Assembly (NCBI GenBank): GCA_964016885.1
Contig: OZ024745.1
Location: 99,448,001 to 99,512,000, forward strand
DNA: 64,000 bases
Source of the DNA: Eledone cirrhosa
Lineage: Eukaryota
Direction: 5' to 3'
Position 1 is the first letter of the stretch. Each line of letters starts with the position of its first letter. A program made the translations under genes and the position numbers. Positions 14,101 through 60,550 of the stretch are shown here, one piece after another. The notes under the pieces are model-generated. The model searched no databases. It was given only the letters and a program-made list of their open reading frames with translations, and was not told the origin of the DNA.

Positions 14101-14308
14101 GTGAGAGGTGACTTTAGCCGATGCATAATAGAGATGATTTAAATCAGTAATGTTTAGTTTGTTTGTGATGATAATGTTTTTGAGAATTATGTTAGTCTTG
14201 TGTATTATCTTTTGGTTCTGTTTGGAGTTCTGGATCTTAGGGAGGGTGTCTCGTTGCCCCATGTCAGATTCTTTCATTTTCATCCATTCGATCATAATTT
14301 CATCCTTC
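11159..14308 (-). mobile_element. R4/Dong-like LINE, family B copy 1 (5'-truncated)
   Basis: 866-aa ORF plus a frameshifted upstream 128-aa segment, 144-nt 3' UTR, (TAA)n on both sides. Confidence 0.93.
11303..13903 (-). CDS. R4/Dong-type RT + zinc knuckle + PD-(D/E)xK endonuclease (open 866 aa)
   Basis: KSPGKD, NYRPI, DYKKAFDS, GIFQGDSLS, YMDDLKL, YKYLG, CRVC..ETIDHIISMC, RHD, RPDIIL..LIDMSVP, KLSKY. Confidence 0.9.
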   Translation of the reverse strand: MLIEIIKQKVSAKAARIRRFEKRSRFYKDNNMFKNNQRNFNRKIGKSTITAKSIPPKEEVQEFWEKIWAEEKVHNIHAPWIDRQMKDRAHLEEQIWENITVEQLRLALRKTSKWKSPGKDKIQNFWINAFTESHELLAQLYNEIVKEPEKIPSWLVNGITFLLPKNDETNNPKNYRPITCLTTMYKCIILTSVLAEYTYDHLITNDLFPIEQKGCKRGSYGCKDQLLVNKMILEDCHNRHKNLSIAWIDYKKAFDSLPHSWIEKCLEIFKISPVVRRFLSFSMKTWKTTLLLNSETKSLEAGEVNINCGIFQGDSLSLLLFCIALIPLSKMLNETKHGYKVYDKTINHLFYMDDLKLFAKNDEQLQGLLSTVKQFSDVIKMEFGLDKCAKATFTRGKLLKSSDINLDRGNVIRDLDQEKTYKYLGVCEGDGIKHSTMRERIRKECYRRVRAILRTELNARNRIDAINTLAIPVVTYSYNVINWSSTEIRRLDTKIRKFLTMHRMHHPKADIDRIYLPRKEGGRGLIQLDIALKTATIGLSIYLRESHDWMIKLVLKHESIKRSYSITKDAQRYSNGLQISEVPFTAEMENTEKAKQVKVTAKKELLQKLAKKWQEKPLYGKYPEQANNPDVDKTLTHQWLASTGLKSETEGLIILAQDQCLPTKNYQANIIKNGCSPLCRVCKKQPETIDHIISMCSPIAPTEYLNRHDRAAQYIHWIMCKHFDLPHQKNWWEHQPPPILEKDHISILWNFSIHTDRKIDANRPDIILKDFQKRVCLLIDMSVPIDKNVSIKTFEKLSKYKELEIEIGKMWKLRTKTIPVVVGALGMIPKGSNDYISQIPGNPRIGKIQKIVLMGTALILRKILSI

Positions 14309-14324
14309 ATTATTATTATTATTA

Positions 14325-15854
14325 CAGTTGCATTTATCTTGCTTTATGTTCATACGAGTTATCACCAAGTCACAACCAGTGACCTCAAGAGACAACAAGG
14401 TCCGCCATGTTCAAGAAAGAACATACATATTCACACATGCATCTTTAGTGTTTAGACTTGTGATGTACTTATATTGACAGAATCTTCCTTAGTATAAGGG
14501 CAGTTCCCATTAGTACTATCTTTTGTATTTTTCCTATACGCGGGTTTCCTGGGATTTGCGATATGTAATCATTAGACCCCTTAGGTATCATTCCCAGAGC
14601 GCCTACAACCACTGGTATTGTTTTAGTTCTCAATTTCCACATTTTTCCAATTTCTATCTCCAGGTCCTTATACTTGCTCAATTTTTCAAATGTTTTTATA
14701 GATACATTCTTGTCTATTGGAACAGACATATCAATTAGCAGGCATACCCTCTTTTGAAAGTCTTTCAATATTATATCAGGTCTGTTTGCATCTATTTTTC
14801 TGTCTGTTTGGATGCTAAAGTCCCACAAGATTGAGATGTGATCTTTTTCAAGTATGGGAGGTGGTTGATGCTCCCACCAATTCTTTTGATGGGGCAGGTC
14901 AAAATGCTTACACATTATCCAATGTATGTATTGTGCAGCTCTGTCATGCCTGTTTAGGTATTCGGTTGGAGCTATAGGACTGCACATTGAAATTATATGG
15001 TCAATGGTCTCTGGTTGTTTTTTGCATACACGGCATAATGGGCTGCACCCATTTTTTATTATGTTGGCTTGGTAATTTTTTGTTGGCAGACACTGATTTT
15101 GTGCCGATATAATCAGTCCTTCAGTCTCCGATTTCAGTCCAGAGGATGCCAACCCCTGATGGGTTAAAGTTTTGTCAACATCAGGATTGTTAGCTTGCTC
15201 TGGGTATTTTCCATACAGAGGCTTTTCTTGCCATTTCTTAGCCAGTTTCTGTAGCAGTTCTTTCTTTGCAGTTACTTTTACCTGCTTTGCTTTTTCTGTG
15301 TTTTCCATTTCAGCAGTAAATGGGACTTCTGAAATTTGTAGTCCATTACTGTATCTTTGTGCATCTTTTGTAATGGAATATGATCTTTTGATGCTTTCGT
15401 GTTTCAAAACGAGTTTGATCATCCAATCATGTGATTCCCTTAGATATGTAGATAATCCAATTGTTGTAGTTTTCAACGCAATGTCTAACTGGATTAACCC
15501 ACGTCCTCCTTCTTTCCTAGGGAGATATATTCTATCTATATCTGCCTTAGGGTGATGCATTCTGTGCATGGTTAAGAATTTGCGAATTTTTGTATCGAGC
15601 CTACGGATCTCTGTGCTTGACCAGTTGATGACATTGTAACTGTAGGTTACTACTGGTATGGCAAGCGTGTTTATGGCCTCGATCCTATTCCTTGCATTCA
15701 ATTCCGTTCTTAAGATTGCTCTTACTCTGCGGTAACATTCCTTCCTTATCCTTTCCCTCATTGTCGAGTGCTTGATTCCGTCTCCTTCACAAACACCTAG
15801 ATATTTGTAAGTTTTTTCTTGATCAAGTTCTCTTATCACGTTCCCCCGATCAAG

Positions 15855-15857
<3 letters not shown>
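14325..15857 (-). mobile_element. R4/Dong-like LINE, family B copy 2 (more 5'-truncated, near-identical to copy 1)
   Basis: The 456-aa ORF 14469..15839 differs from copy 1 by few substitutions and has the same 3' UTR. Confidence 0.93.

Positions 15858-15935
<78 letters not shown>
15858..15935. repeat. (TTA)n microsatellite, outer remnant of the R4 target array
   Basis: Direct reading. Confidence 0.97.
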
Positions 15936-15936
<1 letters not shown>

Positions 15937-16300
15937 AGGACAGTAGATTGGCAGTATCGGTAGTGCGTCGGACAAAATGCTTTGCGGCATATAGTTGCAG
16001 CTCTTTAAGTTCTGAGTTCAAATCCGCCTTTCATCCTTACGGGGTCGATAAAATAAAGTACAAGTCACGCACTGGGGTCGATTCAATCGACTTCCCCCCC
16101 CCCCCCAAATTGCTGGCCTTGTGCCTAAATAAGAAACCATTATTATAGGGCAGTGGATTGGCAGAATCGGTAGAGGGTCGTACAACATGCTTAGTGCCGT
16201 AGAGTTACGACATTTTACGTTCGGAGTTGAAATCCAGCCGAAGTTAGTTTTGCCTTTCATCCTTACGGTGTCGGTAAAATATAGTACCGGCAATGCACTG
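15936..16300 (+). mobile_element. Two tandem family-1 SINEs
   Basis: The A/B boxes and SINE body occur twice, separated by TTA. Confidence 0.85.
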
Positions 16301-16629
16301 AGTCTCGTAAAATGAACTAAAATTTGGCTATAAAATCAAACAATCTTCAGAATAAAAATGTAAAGCAGAGAAAGCTTTTACTTTTATAATCGTGATTCTG
16401 CAGAAAAGTTAAACTAGCGTGTAAAATATCAATATCCTGATAGACCACCACAAATCTGCTTCAACATAAATCTATACATAGTCATTGTTGATATCTTAAC
16501 ATGCACGAAGATACTCAAAGAAAGCTAATGATATTTTGTATAAACAATCGAGACGAATATCATAGATTGATAATTAGTTCTCTTTGTTATAAACCAGTTG
16601 TTATAAATGCTAATAAGTCTATTGTCAAG

Positions 16630-17170
16630 ACTTGTGCCTAAGGGGTTGAGGTATTCGGCTCGCGATTGTAAGGTGATATGTTCCAATCTCAGCCGACCGT
16701 TGCGTCTTTGAGCAAGGTACGTTATTTTACGTTGCACTAGTGAACTCAGCTGGCAAAAATGAGTGTACCTGAAATTAAAAGGGTTCAGCCTTGTCACAAA
16801 GTATGCCAGGCTGAATTTCTTGAGAAATTCAACGTCTATGGAATTCAGTGTCTGTGGAATGCTCTGTCACTTGCACGTTAATTTCACTAACAGGGCGGTG
16901 GATTAGCAGTATAGGTAGAGAGTCAGACACCATGCTTTGCAGCTTAGAGCTATGCCCCTTTACGTTCTGATTTCAAATCCCACCGAGGTTTACTTTGCCT
17001 TTCATCTTTACGGGGTCGATAAAATAAAGCACCAGTAATGCACTGGGGTAATTGCTGATCTCGCGCCAAAAGTAGACACAGTTAATTTCACTAATAAATT
17101 GTTTCGTTGTTAGAACAACAAGAATACTCATCGTTGGAATAGACGGATGTCCAACAGAAATAAAGTCTGT
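16630..17170 (+). mobile_element. CORE-like tRNA SINE (family 2) interrupted by a family-1 SINE at 16891..17080
   Basis: CORE-like GTCTTTGAGCAAGG..CTCAGCTGGCAAAAATGAGT. The nested SINE is bounded by the 14-bp TSD GTTAATTTCACTAA (16877, 17081). Relatives lie at ~24120..24360 and ~28580..28930. Confidence 0.7.
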
Positions 17171-17417
17171 TAAAGCCAACTGCCTATAATAGAACTAACG
17201 ATGTTAAACTTGCTCATTAGAAGTGAAGTGCAAACAAAAAGTGCAGCTAACATAAGGGAAGTACTACAGATAATCGATCAGCTAACTTTTGAATTACATT
17301 AAATGAATTGTACATATTCTGTTTGTAGTGTGGGAGCTTCTCACTACGACACATTGACATTTAATATTAAAATACTCCTTCACCCTTGTGTGCTTGCTCT
17401 CTCTCCCATTTCCCCCC

Positions 17418-17599
17418 CTCTCTCTCTATATATATATATATATATGCATATATATATATATACACATACATACACACATACACACTCATATATTTATTAT
17501 TATTACTATATATATATAATATATATAAATTGCAAATTTGCATACGAAGGCAAGAAATGAAATACGTGGAAGGAATACATACATACATACATATATATA

Positions 17600-17660
<61 letters not shown>

Positions 17661-17674
17661 GCGTGTGTGTGCGT

Positions 17675-17729
<55 letters not shown>

Positions 17730-17748
17730 CGTGTGTGTGTGTGTGTGT
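17418..17748. repeat. Compound (CT)/(TA)/(TG) microsatellite
   Basis: Direct reading. Confidence 0.95.
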
Positions 17749-18259
17749 TAGTTCTATCGCTGATCATATATTAGATAAGAAGTGTAGATCAGTAATTCTC
17801 ACACACATTTTACCCCGCATTTCCTGTCGTTATTCGTTATTCCATTTTCAGATGCGGAAATATCGGACATCATTATATATTTTCTGCCATTAGAAATAGT
17901 TATATTTAAAAGAAATTGAATTTCAAAAGATTTCTCTAAACTAACTTTTTTTCGCCACTTTCTTCTAGCAATTGAATAAAATTTTCAATATTCAAGGAAT
18001 TTTAATTCCATTTTCTATCTAATCAGTGACTGTCTGTTAGCAAATTTATTTTATTTTTATATGTATCGAGTCCTCTCCTAATGGAAAATGTTTTCGATAT
18101 GTATGCGAAATATTTATTTGCATTAAAAATATAAAAGTCTTTTCTTGTAAATTGAGTTCAAATATCATTTTTACCACAGAAATGGAACCTCTGCCAGGTC
18201 TGATTATGAGTTTTCTAATTATTCGAAAAACGAGAGGGTCGTGGTGTCAGACGCCTTAG

Positions 18260-18810
18260 ACATGTCTCCCAGAGGGTCCTATCAGAACTAATCATCTACA
18301 AATTATTCGTCTGGACCTATGGTCATGAATCCTGGGTAATGACCGAAAGGATACGATCGCGAATACCAACGGCCGAAATGGGGTTCCTCCGAAGGGTATT
18401 TCGAGTAACGTTACTCGATAGAATGTGTAGCTCGGAGATTAGAGAGTCACTCCAGGTAGAGCTGCTACTTCGCTGAATCGAGAGATCACAGCTCAGATAC
18501 TATGGGCACTGTCTCAGGAAAGAATCAGTGAACAGATTTTGCAGGCAAAACCAACCGGCAGGCGACCCAAGGGTAGACTCCAAGTAAGATGGTTGGATAA
18601 AATCCATGAGCTTGGCTGGTCTCACTTGGGGATCCAACCGGATCAGTTGGAGTTGGTTGCTTCTGACAGGACCCGCTGGAAGGAGTTGTTTAAGGACTCT
18701 GCCCCATGACCCTCTCAGGAATAAGTGGGCGAAGAAGAAGAAGAAGAAGAAGAAGAAGAAGAAGAAGAAGAAGAAGAAGAAGAAGAAGAAGAAGAAGAAG
18801 AAGAAGAAGA
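18260..18810 (+). mobile_element. RTE-clade LINE 3' fragment with (GAA)n tail
   Basis: Degenerate YGHESWVMT..AEMGFLRR, SQLRYYGH, GRRPKGR..RW; followed by (GAA)n at 18731..18810. Confidence 0.8.
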
Positions 18811-18995
18811 TTTTACAGTGATAGCATCACTCCTTTATAGCCAGCATATGAACTTTTCAGCCTACCCTCGTATCTTGCAGTTGAATATTCTCTCTGCTTC
18901 TATTTTATTCTTTATGACTTTCTTTAAAACAAAAAACAGCCATTTTATTTTGTTTATATAGATATTTGAATCAGTCTCTATTATTTACTACATAA

Positions 18996-19196
18996 GGCCG
19001 GTGGATTGACAGTATCGGTAGAGCGTCGGGTAATTTGCTTTGCGGCATAGAGTTATAGCACTTTACGCTCTGAGTTCAAATCCTGCCGAGGTTAGCTTTG
19101 CCTTTCCTCCTTACGGAGTCGATTAAATAAAGAACCCCCCCCCCCAAAAAAAAGAAGAAATTGTTGGCCTTCTGCCTAAAGTAAAAAATATTATTT
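18996..19196 (+). mobile_element. Family-1 SINE
   Basis: A/B boxes and SINE body. Confidence 0.8.
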
Positions 19197-19217
19197 ACTG
19201 CATATTTTTATAGAAAA

Positions 19218-20158
19218 CTAGCAGTGGTACCCGGTGTTGCACGGGATAAGGTATTTTGGAACGCGGGCCGCCAACAGACATAATCGTGAAAAAACTGTAT
19301 GCATCGACAATATGTAAAGAAAATAAACCGAATACTCTGATGGCTGGATAATCTTTAAGACTTTCCTCGATGAAGCAGGAAAAATGCAGGTTTTCACCTA
19401 ATGCCTAGGGAATCAAGAAAATGAATGTTTTTATGTGCATAATATGCCTTGAAATTTCGGGAAAATCGGCTAGACGTAACGCGTAAAAAAAAGCCCTATA
19501 AAGCTGAAAAAAATGAAGTTTTTCACCTAATGCGGGTCCTAGGCCATAAAAAAGTTGGATGAAGAAGAGAGTGACTAATACATAGTTACAATTTCAAGGA
19601 AATCGGTCTGACGTAACGTCTCAAAATACCTCTAAAAAGCCGAAAAAAAACGCAGTTTTTCACCTGAAATGCAAACAGCCAGACATACAGACAGATATTA
19701 TAAGCTTAGTATTGCCACAACCACGGCTGGCAAATAAGTAAGAGTATGGTGGTACGTAAGTAAGCAACACTGTGGCTTAAAACGTGAGGAAGAAGTTCTG
19801 TGCACTTAGCAACTGTTTGGTGAATGAGTGTGAGATTTGTCTTGAGCAAGGGTGGCATAATAACCGGAGGCAGCAGACAGCCAGACACAGGGACAGATAT
19901 TATAATGGCGCGACGTTATATGTATGTATCTATCTAAAAAGAGAAAGACTAAGAATTATAGAGAGAGATCGCTAAATCGCCTAATGCGGTCCCTATGGCA
20001 TTGAAAATTTGAATTTCTTTTTGCTCAGAACACTCCCTGAAACATAAGTATTACATGTGTAAAGTTTGAAAACAGTCGGTTGGGTGCTTCTCGAGTTTTA
20101 TGGATTCAAACTCACACACACACGCAGACATACATCCTCAGTTTTATATAGATATAGA
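19218..20158 (-). mobile_element. Non-autonomous Helitron, paralog of 3048..3793 with extra internal sequence
   Basis: Same TC start, hairpin + CTAG end and collinear body. Confidence 0.8.
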
Positions 20159-20214
20159 TGTTTTTCTTACTGACAAAAGAGCCCACACCTCTCTGTCTTT
20201 GTAGCAAATATAAT

Positions 20215-20380
20215 TGTTTCTACTTTTGGCACAAGGCCAGCAATTATCCCAGTACATTACTGGTACTTTATTTTATCACCCCTGTAAGGATGAAAGGCAA
20301 TGTTAACCTCGGCGGGATTTGAACTCAGATCGTAAAGGCCCGCAACTCCATGCTGCAAAACTACTGCCAATCCACCGCCC
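20215..20380 (-). mobile_element. Family-1 SINE with 17-bp TSD
   Basis: TTTGTAGCAAATATAAT at 20198 and 20381. Confidence 0.9.
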
Positions 20381-20497
20381 TTTGTAGCAAATATAATGCC
20401 TTTGTATCAGATTTCGGTAAATATATTGTAAATACAGTAATTATTTGTCTTGTTTCCCTACCTAAGCTCGGTAATTCACTTTGGTTTTGGTTGACAA

Positions 20498-21798
20498 TCT
20501 AATATATATTTGTGAAATGGGCGGTGGTTGAAATTCAAATGTGCACGGTTAAATGGTAGTAGACGTGGTCGGACTGACATGAAAATTTACACACCTATGT
20601 AAAAAGTGCCAAGGAAGTAAATAAACGAGGTTTCAAATCTCTAACTTGAAAAATGTGGTCCCTGGGGCCCCAAAACTATCGCGTTCGGTGAGTTATTTCC
20701 CCCTGTTCTAATACTTTTGTCTTATTTACAATTTCATCATCCTTCTTCATTTAACGATCATACAGTACCGTTTTATGAAATCGATTCTGCAGTACGGTCA
20801 CTGTTTTCCATCAAAAGAAATAAAACCCTCGGCGATACTTGGTTTTAGTGTCCTCGACATTCAATTATTAGCTCCACCCACTACACGATACGTCACGAAG
20901 GTAAATGCTTCGAAAAAATGTTAAACTGTATATCGCAACAATATATTGTTTAAAGAATTTTTTTTTTCTGTTGTTAAAAACTGTAAATCTGTTTAAAAAA
21001 AATGTATTTCGCAGCAATTTTTTTTCTGTTAAAAACTGTAAATAAATATTCATGTAAAAATGAAGCATAGTGTTTCGGTTAAATACATTTTTTTAAAACA
21101 GATTTACAGTTTTAAACAACAGAAAAAAAATTTCTTTAAACAATATATTGTTGCGATATACAGTTTAAAATTTTTTCGAAACATTTACCTTCGTGACGTA
21201 TCGTGTGTTAAAAAAAAAAATGTATTTCGCAGCAATTTTTTTTCTGTTAAAAACTGTAAATAAATATTTATTTTGTTCAAAAAATAAATCAAAATTCTAA
21301 TTTTCTCTGTTAATATTTTAATAAATATTTATTCTAAAAATTCAATGTTTTTTCGTGTAAAAATGAAGCATGTAAGAAAATGAATATGTAAAAATCAAGC
21401 TGCAGCAGCAGCTGATGACGTGTCGTGACGTATCGTGTAGTGGGTGGAGCTAATAATTGAATGTCGATGATGATAATTTAGGACACTAAAACCAAGTATC
21501 GCCAAACCCTTAAATTGCGAAGAAGAGACGCGTGTTTTTATTTTAATTCTAATACATGTTAACCACCACTAACAGTAAGTAGTATTTTTCAAATTGCATA
21601 TCATCGACATTGCTATTTCGCTGTTAATAAACAACGCTTTTCACGTTGCTCCACTTCTCATTGTACGCCGTCCAGCCCCAAGTGCATATTTCTAATTTTT
21701 TCCTGAAACTGCTTCTTTATAATAAACTTTCAATAATATTTTTCAAATTATTAACTTAATAAAAAGTGGCCCCGGGTGCAACCGGGCTCAGCTGCTAG
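20498..21798 (+). mobile_element. Non-autonomous Helitron carrying a nested MITE
   Basis: Starts A^TCTAATATATAT and ends CCCGGGTGCAACCGGG..CTAG^T. Confidence 0.6.
20831..21503. mobile_element. MITE with ~70-bp TIRs, Merlin-like
   Basis: TIR GGCGATACTTGGTTTTAGTGTCCT../..AGGACACTAAAACCAAGTATCGCC; 8-bp flanks AAACCCTC/AAACCCTT; internal inverted duplication. Confidence 0.75.
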
Positions 21799-21802
21799 TA
21801 TA

Positions 21803-22124
21803 TCTATATATCTAAAACAGAGAATGTCCATCTGTCTGCCTGACTCTCTAAAACTCGAGAACCACCCAACCGATTGTTTTCAAACTTTACACATGCAATA
21901 CTTATGGTCCTGTGAGTGTTTTGAGCAAAATATATTCCAAATTTTCAATGCCCTAGGGACCGCATTAGGCGATTTAGCGATCTCTCTCTATAATTCTTAG
22001 TCTTTCTTTTTAGATAGATACATAGATATAACGTTGCGCCCTTATAATATCTGTCTCTGTATCTGGCTGTCTGCATTACGACATTATGACGCTAGGTGTG
22101 TGTGTGTGTATATGTATATATATA

Positions 22125-22186
<62 letters not shown>

Positions 22187-22468
22187 TGTGACGTTTTTAG
22201 AAATATTTACTTCTGCGTTCACTGATTGATTTTTTTAGTTTCAGAAGATCCCGTTAAGGGTGAAAGCAGCGATTCTTTGCTTAAACTTTAATCTGTTATT
22301 TTGATATATATATATATAATTATATATTCGTGTACAGATATTTTTGCATACACAATAACAAAATATAAACAAACGTATTTATTTCACGAGGCTCGATAAG
22401 GATAAATATATATCAAATATATAAGAACCCTAGAGCAAATCCCGAGCAGCGCCGGGCCATTCTGCTAG
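21803..22468 (+). mobile_element. Non-autonomous Helitron
   Basis: Starts TCTATATATCTAAAAC and ends CCCGAGCAGCGCCGGG..CTAG^T. Homologous to 37786..38465 in reverse. Confidence 0.8.
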
Positions 22469-22694
22469 TTATAACTAAAATCTATGATTGCTATAATCTA
22501 TTACTGGATTAGCTTAAGTAATGATTCTGGTTACCTTATTTTGGTAGAAATAACCTAATTCGATTGTAATCATTTTAGGAATACATATGTTCCTTGCATG
22601 TGAGTATGTATGTAAGGACCCGTAACTACTAATGGAGTCGTAGGGGGCACATATGCAGTGATCAGTTGGTGATGTTTCTCTGCCTTTCAAGAAG

Positions 22695-22725
<31 letters not shown>

Positions 22726-23531
22726 TTAAAATGTCGTATATAAGTTATTGTTTGGTCACATTCAGTCCTTATCAAGCTGTCATCCGAAAAAAAGATTTTT
22801 CTGACGTGATCATCATATAAAGTGTTTTGATGGATATAGAGTACCTTGGATCACATTTTCCAATGTCATGCTTTTTTTTTATAAGATAGTATGATGGGGT
22901 TTGAGGCTAATTTTGCTGCTATTTCTAGCATGTCGAGCTGTATCATTGGCTTGTTCTTACGAGCAGTTTTGATGAAGTACATATTTTCTTTTATGACATT
23001 TGGGGTCGATAAAATAAATACCAGTAAAATACTGGGGTTTATATGACATACTGTATTACTCCCCACAAAATCTAAAGCCTTCTGTCTTATTAGAACATCG
23101 AACAAATTGCATTATGGTATTTCTTCCGACTTTTCCCGTCCTCAGTCCAAATCCTACCTTGTATTGTCATCATTCCAGATGCTCGATAAAACAAAATACC
23201 AGTCAAGCACTGGAGTTGATTTAACCAGCTCTTCCTCTTAAATTACTGGCTTTGTGCCTAGATTATTGTTGCCACACAGAGTTACGGCCCTTTACGCCCC
23301 GATTTCAAATCCTGCTGAGGTGAGCTTTGCCTTATACCTTTCGGGTACCAGGAACGTACTGTAGTCGATTTAATCGACTTTCTACCCCCACCTCCAAATT
23401 GTTGGCCTTATACCTAAATCAGAAACCATTGTTGTTGTTGCTATTGTTATGTTTTTAATTGCTTACACTTATGTTTTTGATCTTTCAGAACAGTTGGAGT
23501 GATCATGAAACTCTATTAAACAGAAAAGAAA

Positions 23532-59134
<35,603 letters not shown>

Positions 59135-60029
59135 ATTTATGAGCTTACAGAAACATGCGTGAACCATCATCAGAATCACTTGTAAAAATAATAACAGGGG
59201 CAAATACGAAAGAAGCAAAACAAAATAAAAAACTAAAGAAATAAATATTCATTCGTTTTAAGAATAAATATTCATTCGTTTTGCGTACAAAATAATATGA
59301 TTTGAAGAATTATTAACAAGTTAACTTAAATAACTGATGATATTTATTACTAAATGTATTAAGTTCAAAGATTTCTAATTATCGAAAAAATATTTTGTAA
59401 TGAACTCGTACACTTATAGAGAAACAAAGATAGGTACATGCACTCGATCCTGTTTAAAAATTTGGCAAAATAGAATTCAAAGACCGTAAGATTTTTCCTA
59501 AATATCCATTCTCCACATGGCTTGTTTCATTTCATTAACGCCACAATTTTAGGACACATTTTCACATTACTCCAAGTAAAATGCACTAGAATAAATTCCC
59601 ATCATATTCTCTAGATTTTCTTAAACATTAAACAATGAGAAAGGAGAGTTGTGGTATTCATGCTTTTTCAAAGACAGTTGGCATCCTGAGTGAAGTGAGG
59701 TGAAGTGACCATTGCTGAGTGAAGTGAGGTAAAGTGACCATTACTGGGAATCCGTATTGAGCTGCAGAGTCAACTTATTGATATTTTATTTTCCATTTTA
59801 TGAAGTCTGTCCGTAATATTTCAATTCCAATTCTCCAAAGGATTAACAAAATACACATCATTGTTTTGGAGGGATTGGATATTGGCTCAACGCATAATCC
59901 TTAGTCTACTTAAGAAGAACGGTTTCGTTACAAACTAATCTTTGGAAGCAAGCGTACTACTCCTTCATCGTTCAGAGCCAAAGCTGCGTAACACAGTGTG
60001 ATACGTACTTACGGCTAGGTAGACTGTGA

Positions 60030-60550
60030 AACTGATTGTGATATGTTTGAAGCATGAAATCATTTAAAATGTAAAATATCTATTTTATATTATTATATTT
60101 GAAAAGGATCACATTGCCAGTTTTGCCAATAAAAACATACCTACTGGGTGTTAGTTATTGGTTATTAGTTAACCAATAAAAACATACCTACTTATTAGTG
60201 TTAGTTATTGGTTATTAGTTATTTCGTCAAGGCTTTATCGACACACATTTTGTGACCTCCTCAATGTCTATATGTTCTTCTTCTCTGTGTCTCCTCTTCT
60301 TTTTGGTCATATTCTATTTTCCCCATATTGTCTTTCCGTGGTGCGTTTTCTTGTTTGGGCATGCGAAAGGACTTTGACGAAATAACCAATAACCAATAGC
60401 CAATAATCTAATAATAATAAAGCTGAAGTGAAAATCAAATAGTGCGTGTGTTTTTATTGGTAAAATTGGCAAAATGACCATCCTCAAATATAACAATATA
60501 TGTTTCAACACACGATTTCACATAACAAATATTGCAAAACAAACACATAA
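60030..60550. mobile_element. Degenerate foldback/MITE-like element
   Basis: Imperfect inverted arms (TTTTGCCAATAAAAACATAC / GTGTGTTTTTATTGGTAAAA). The right arm resembles the start of the 31857/36835 repeat. Confidence 0.55.
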
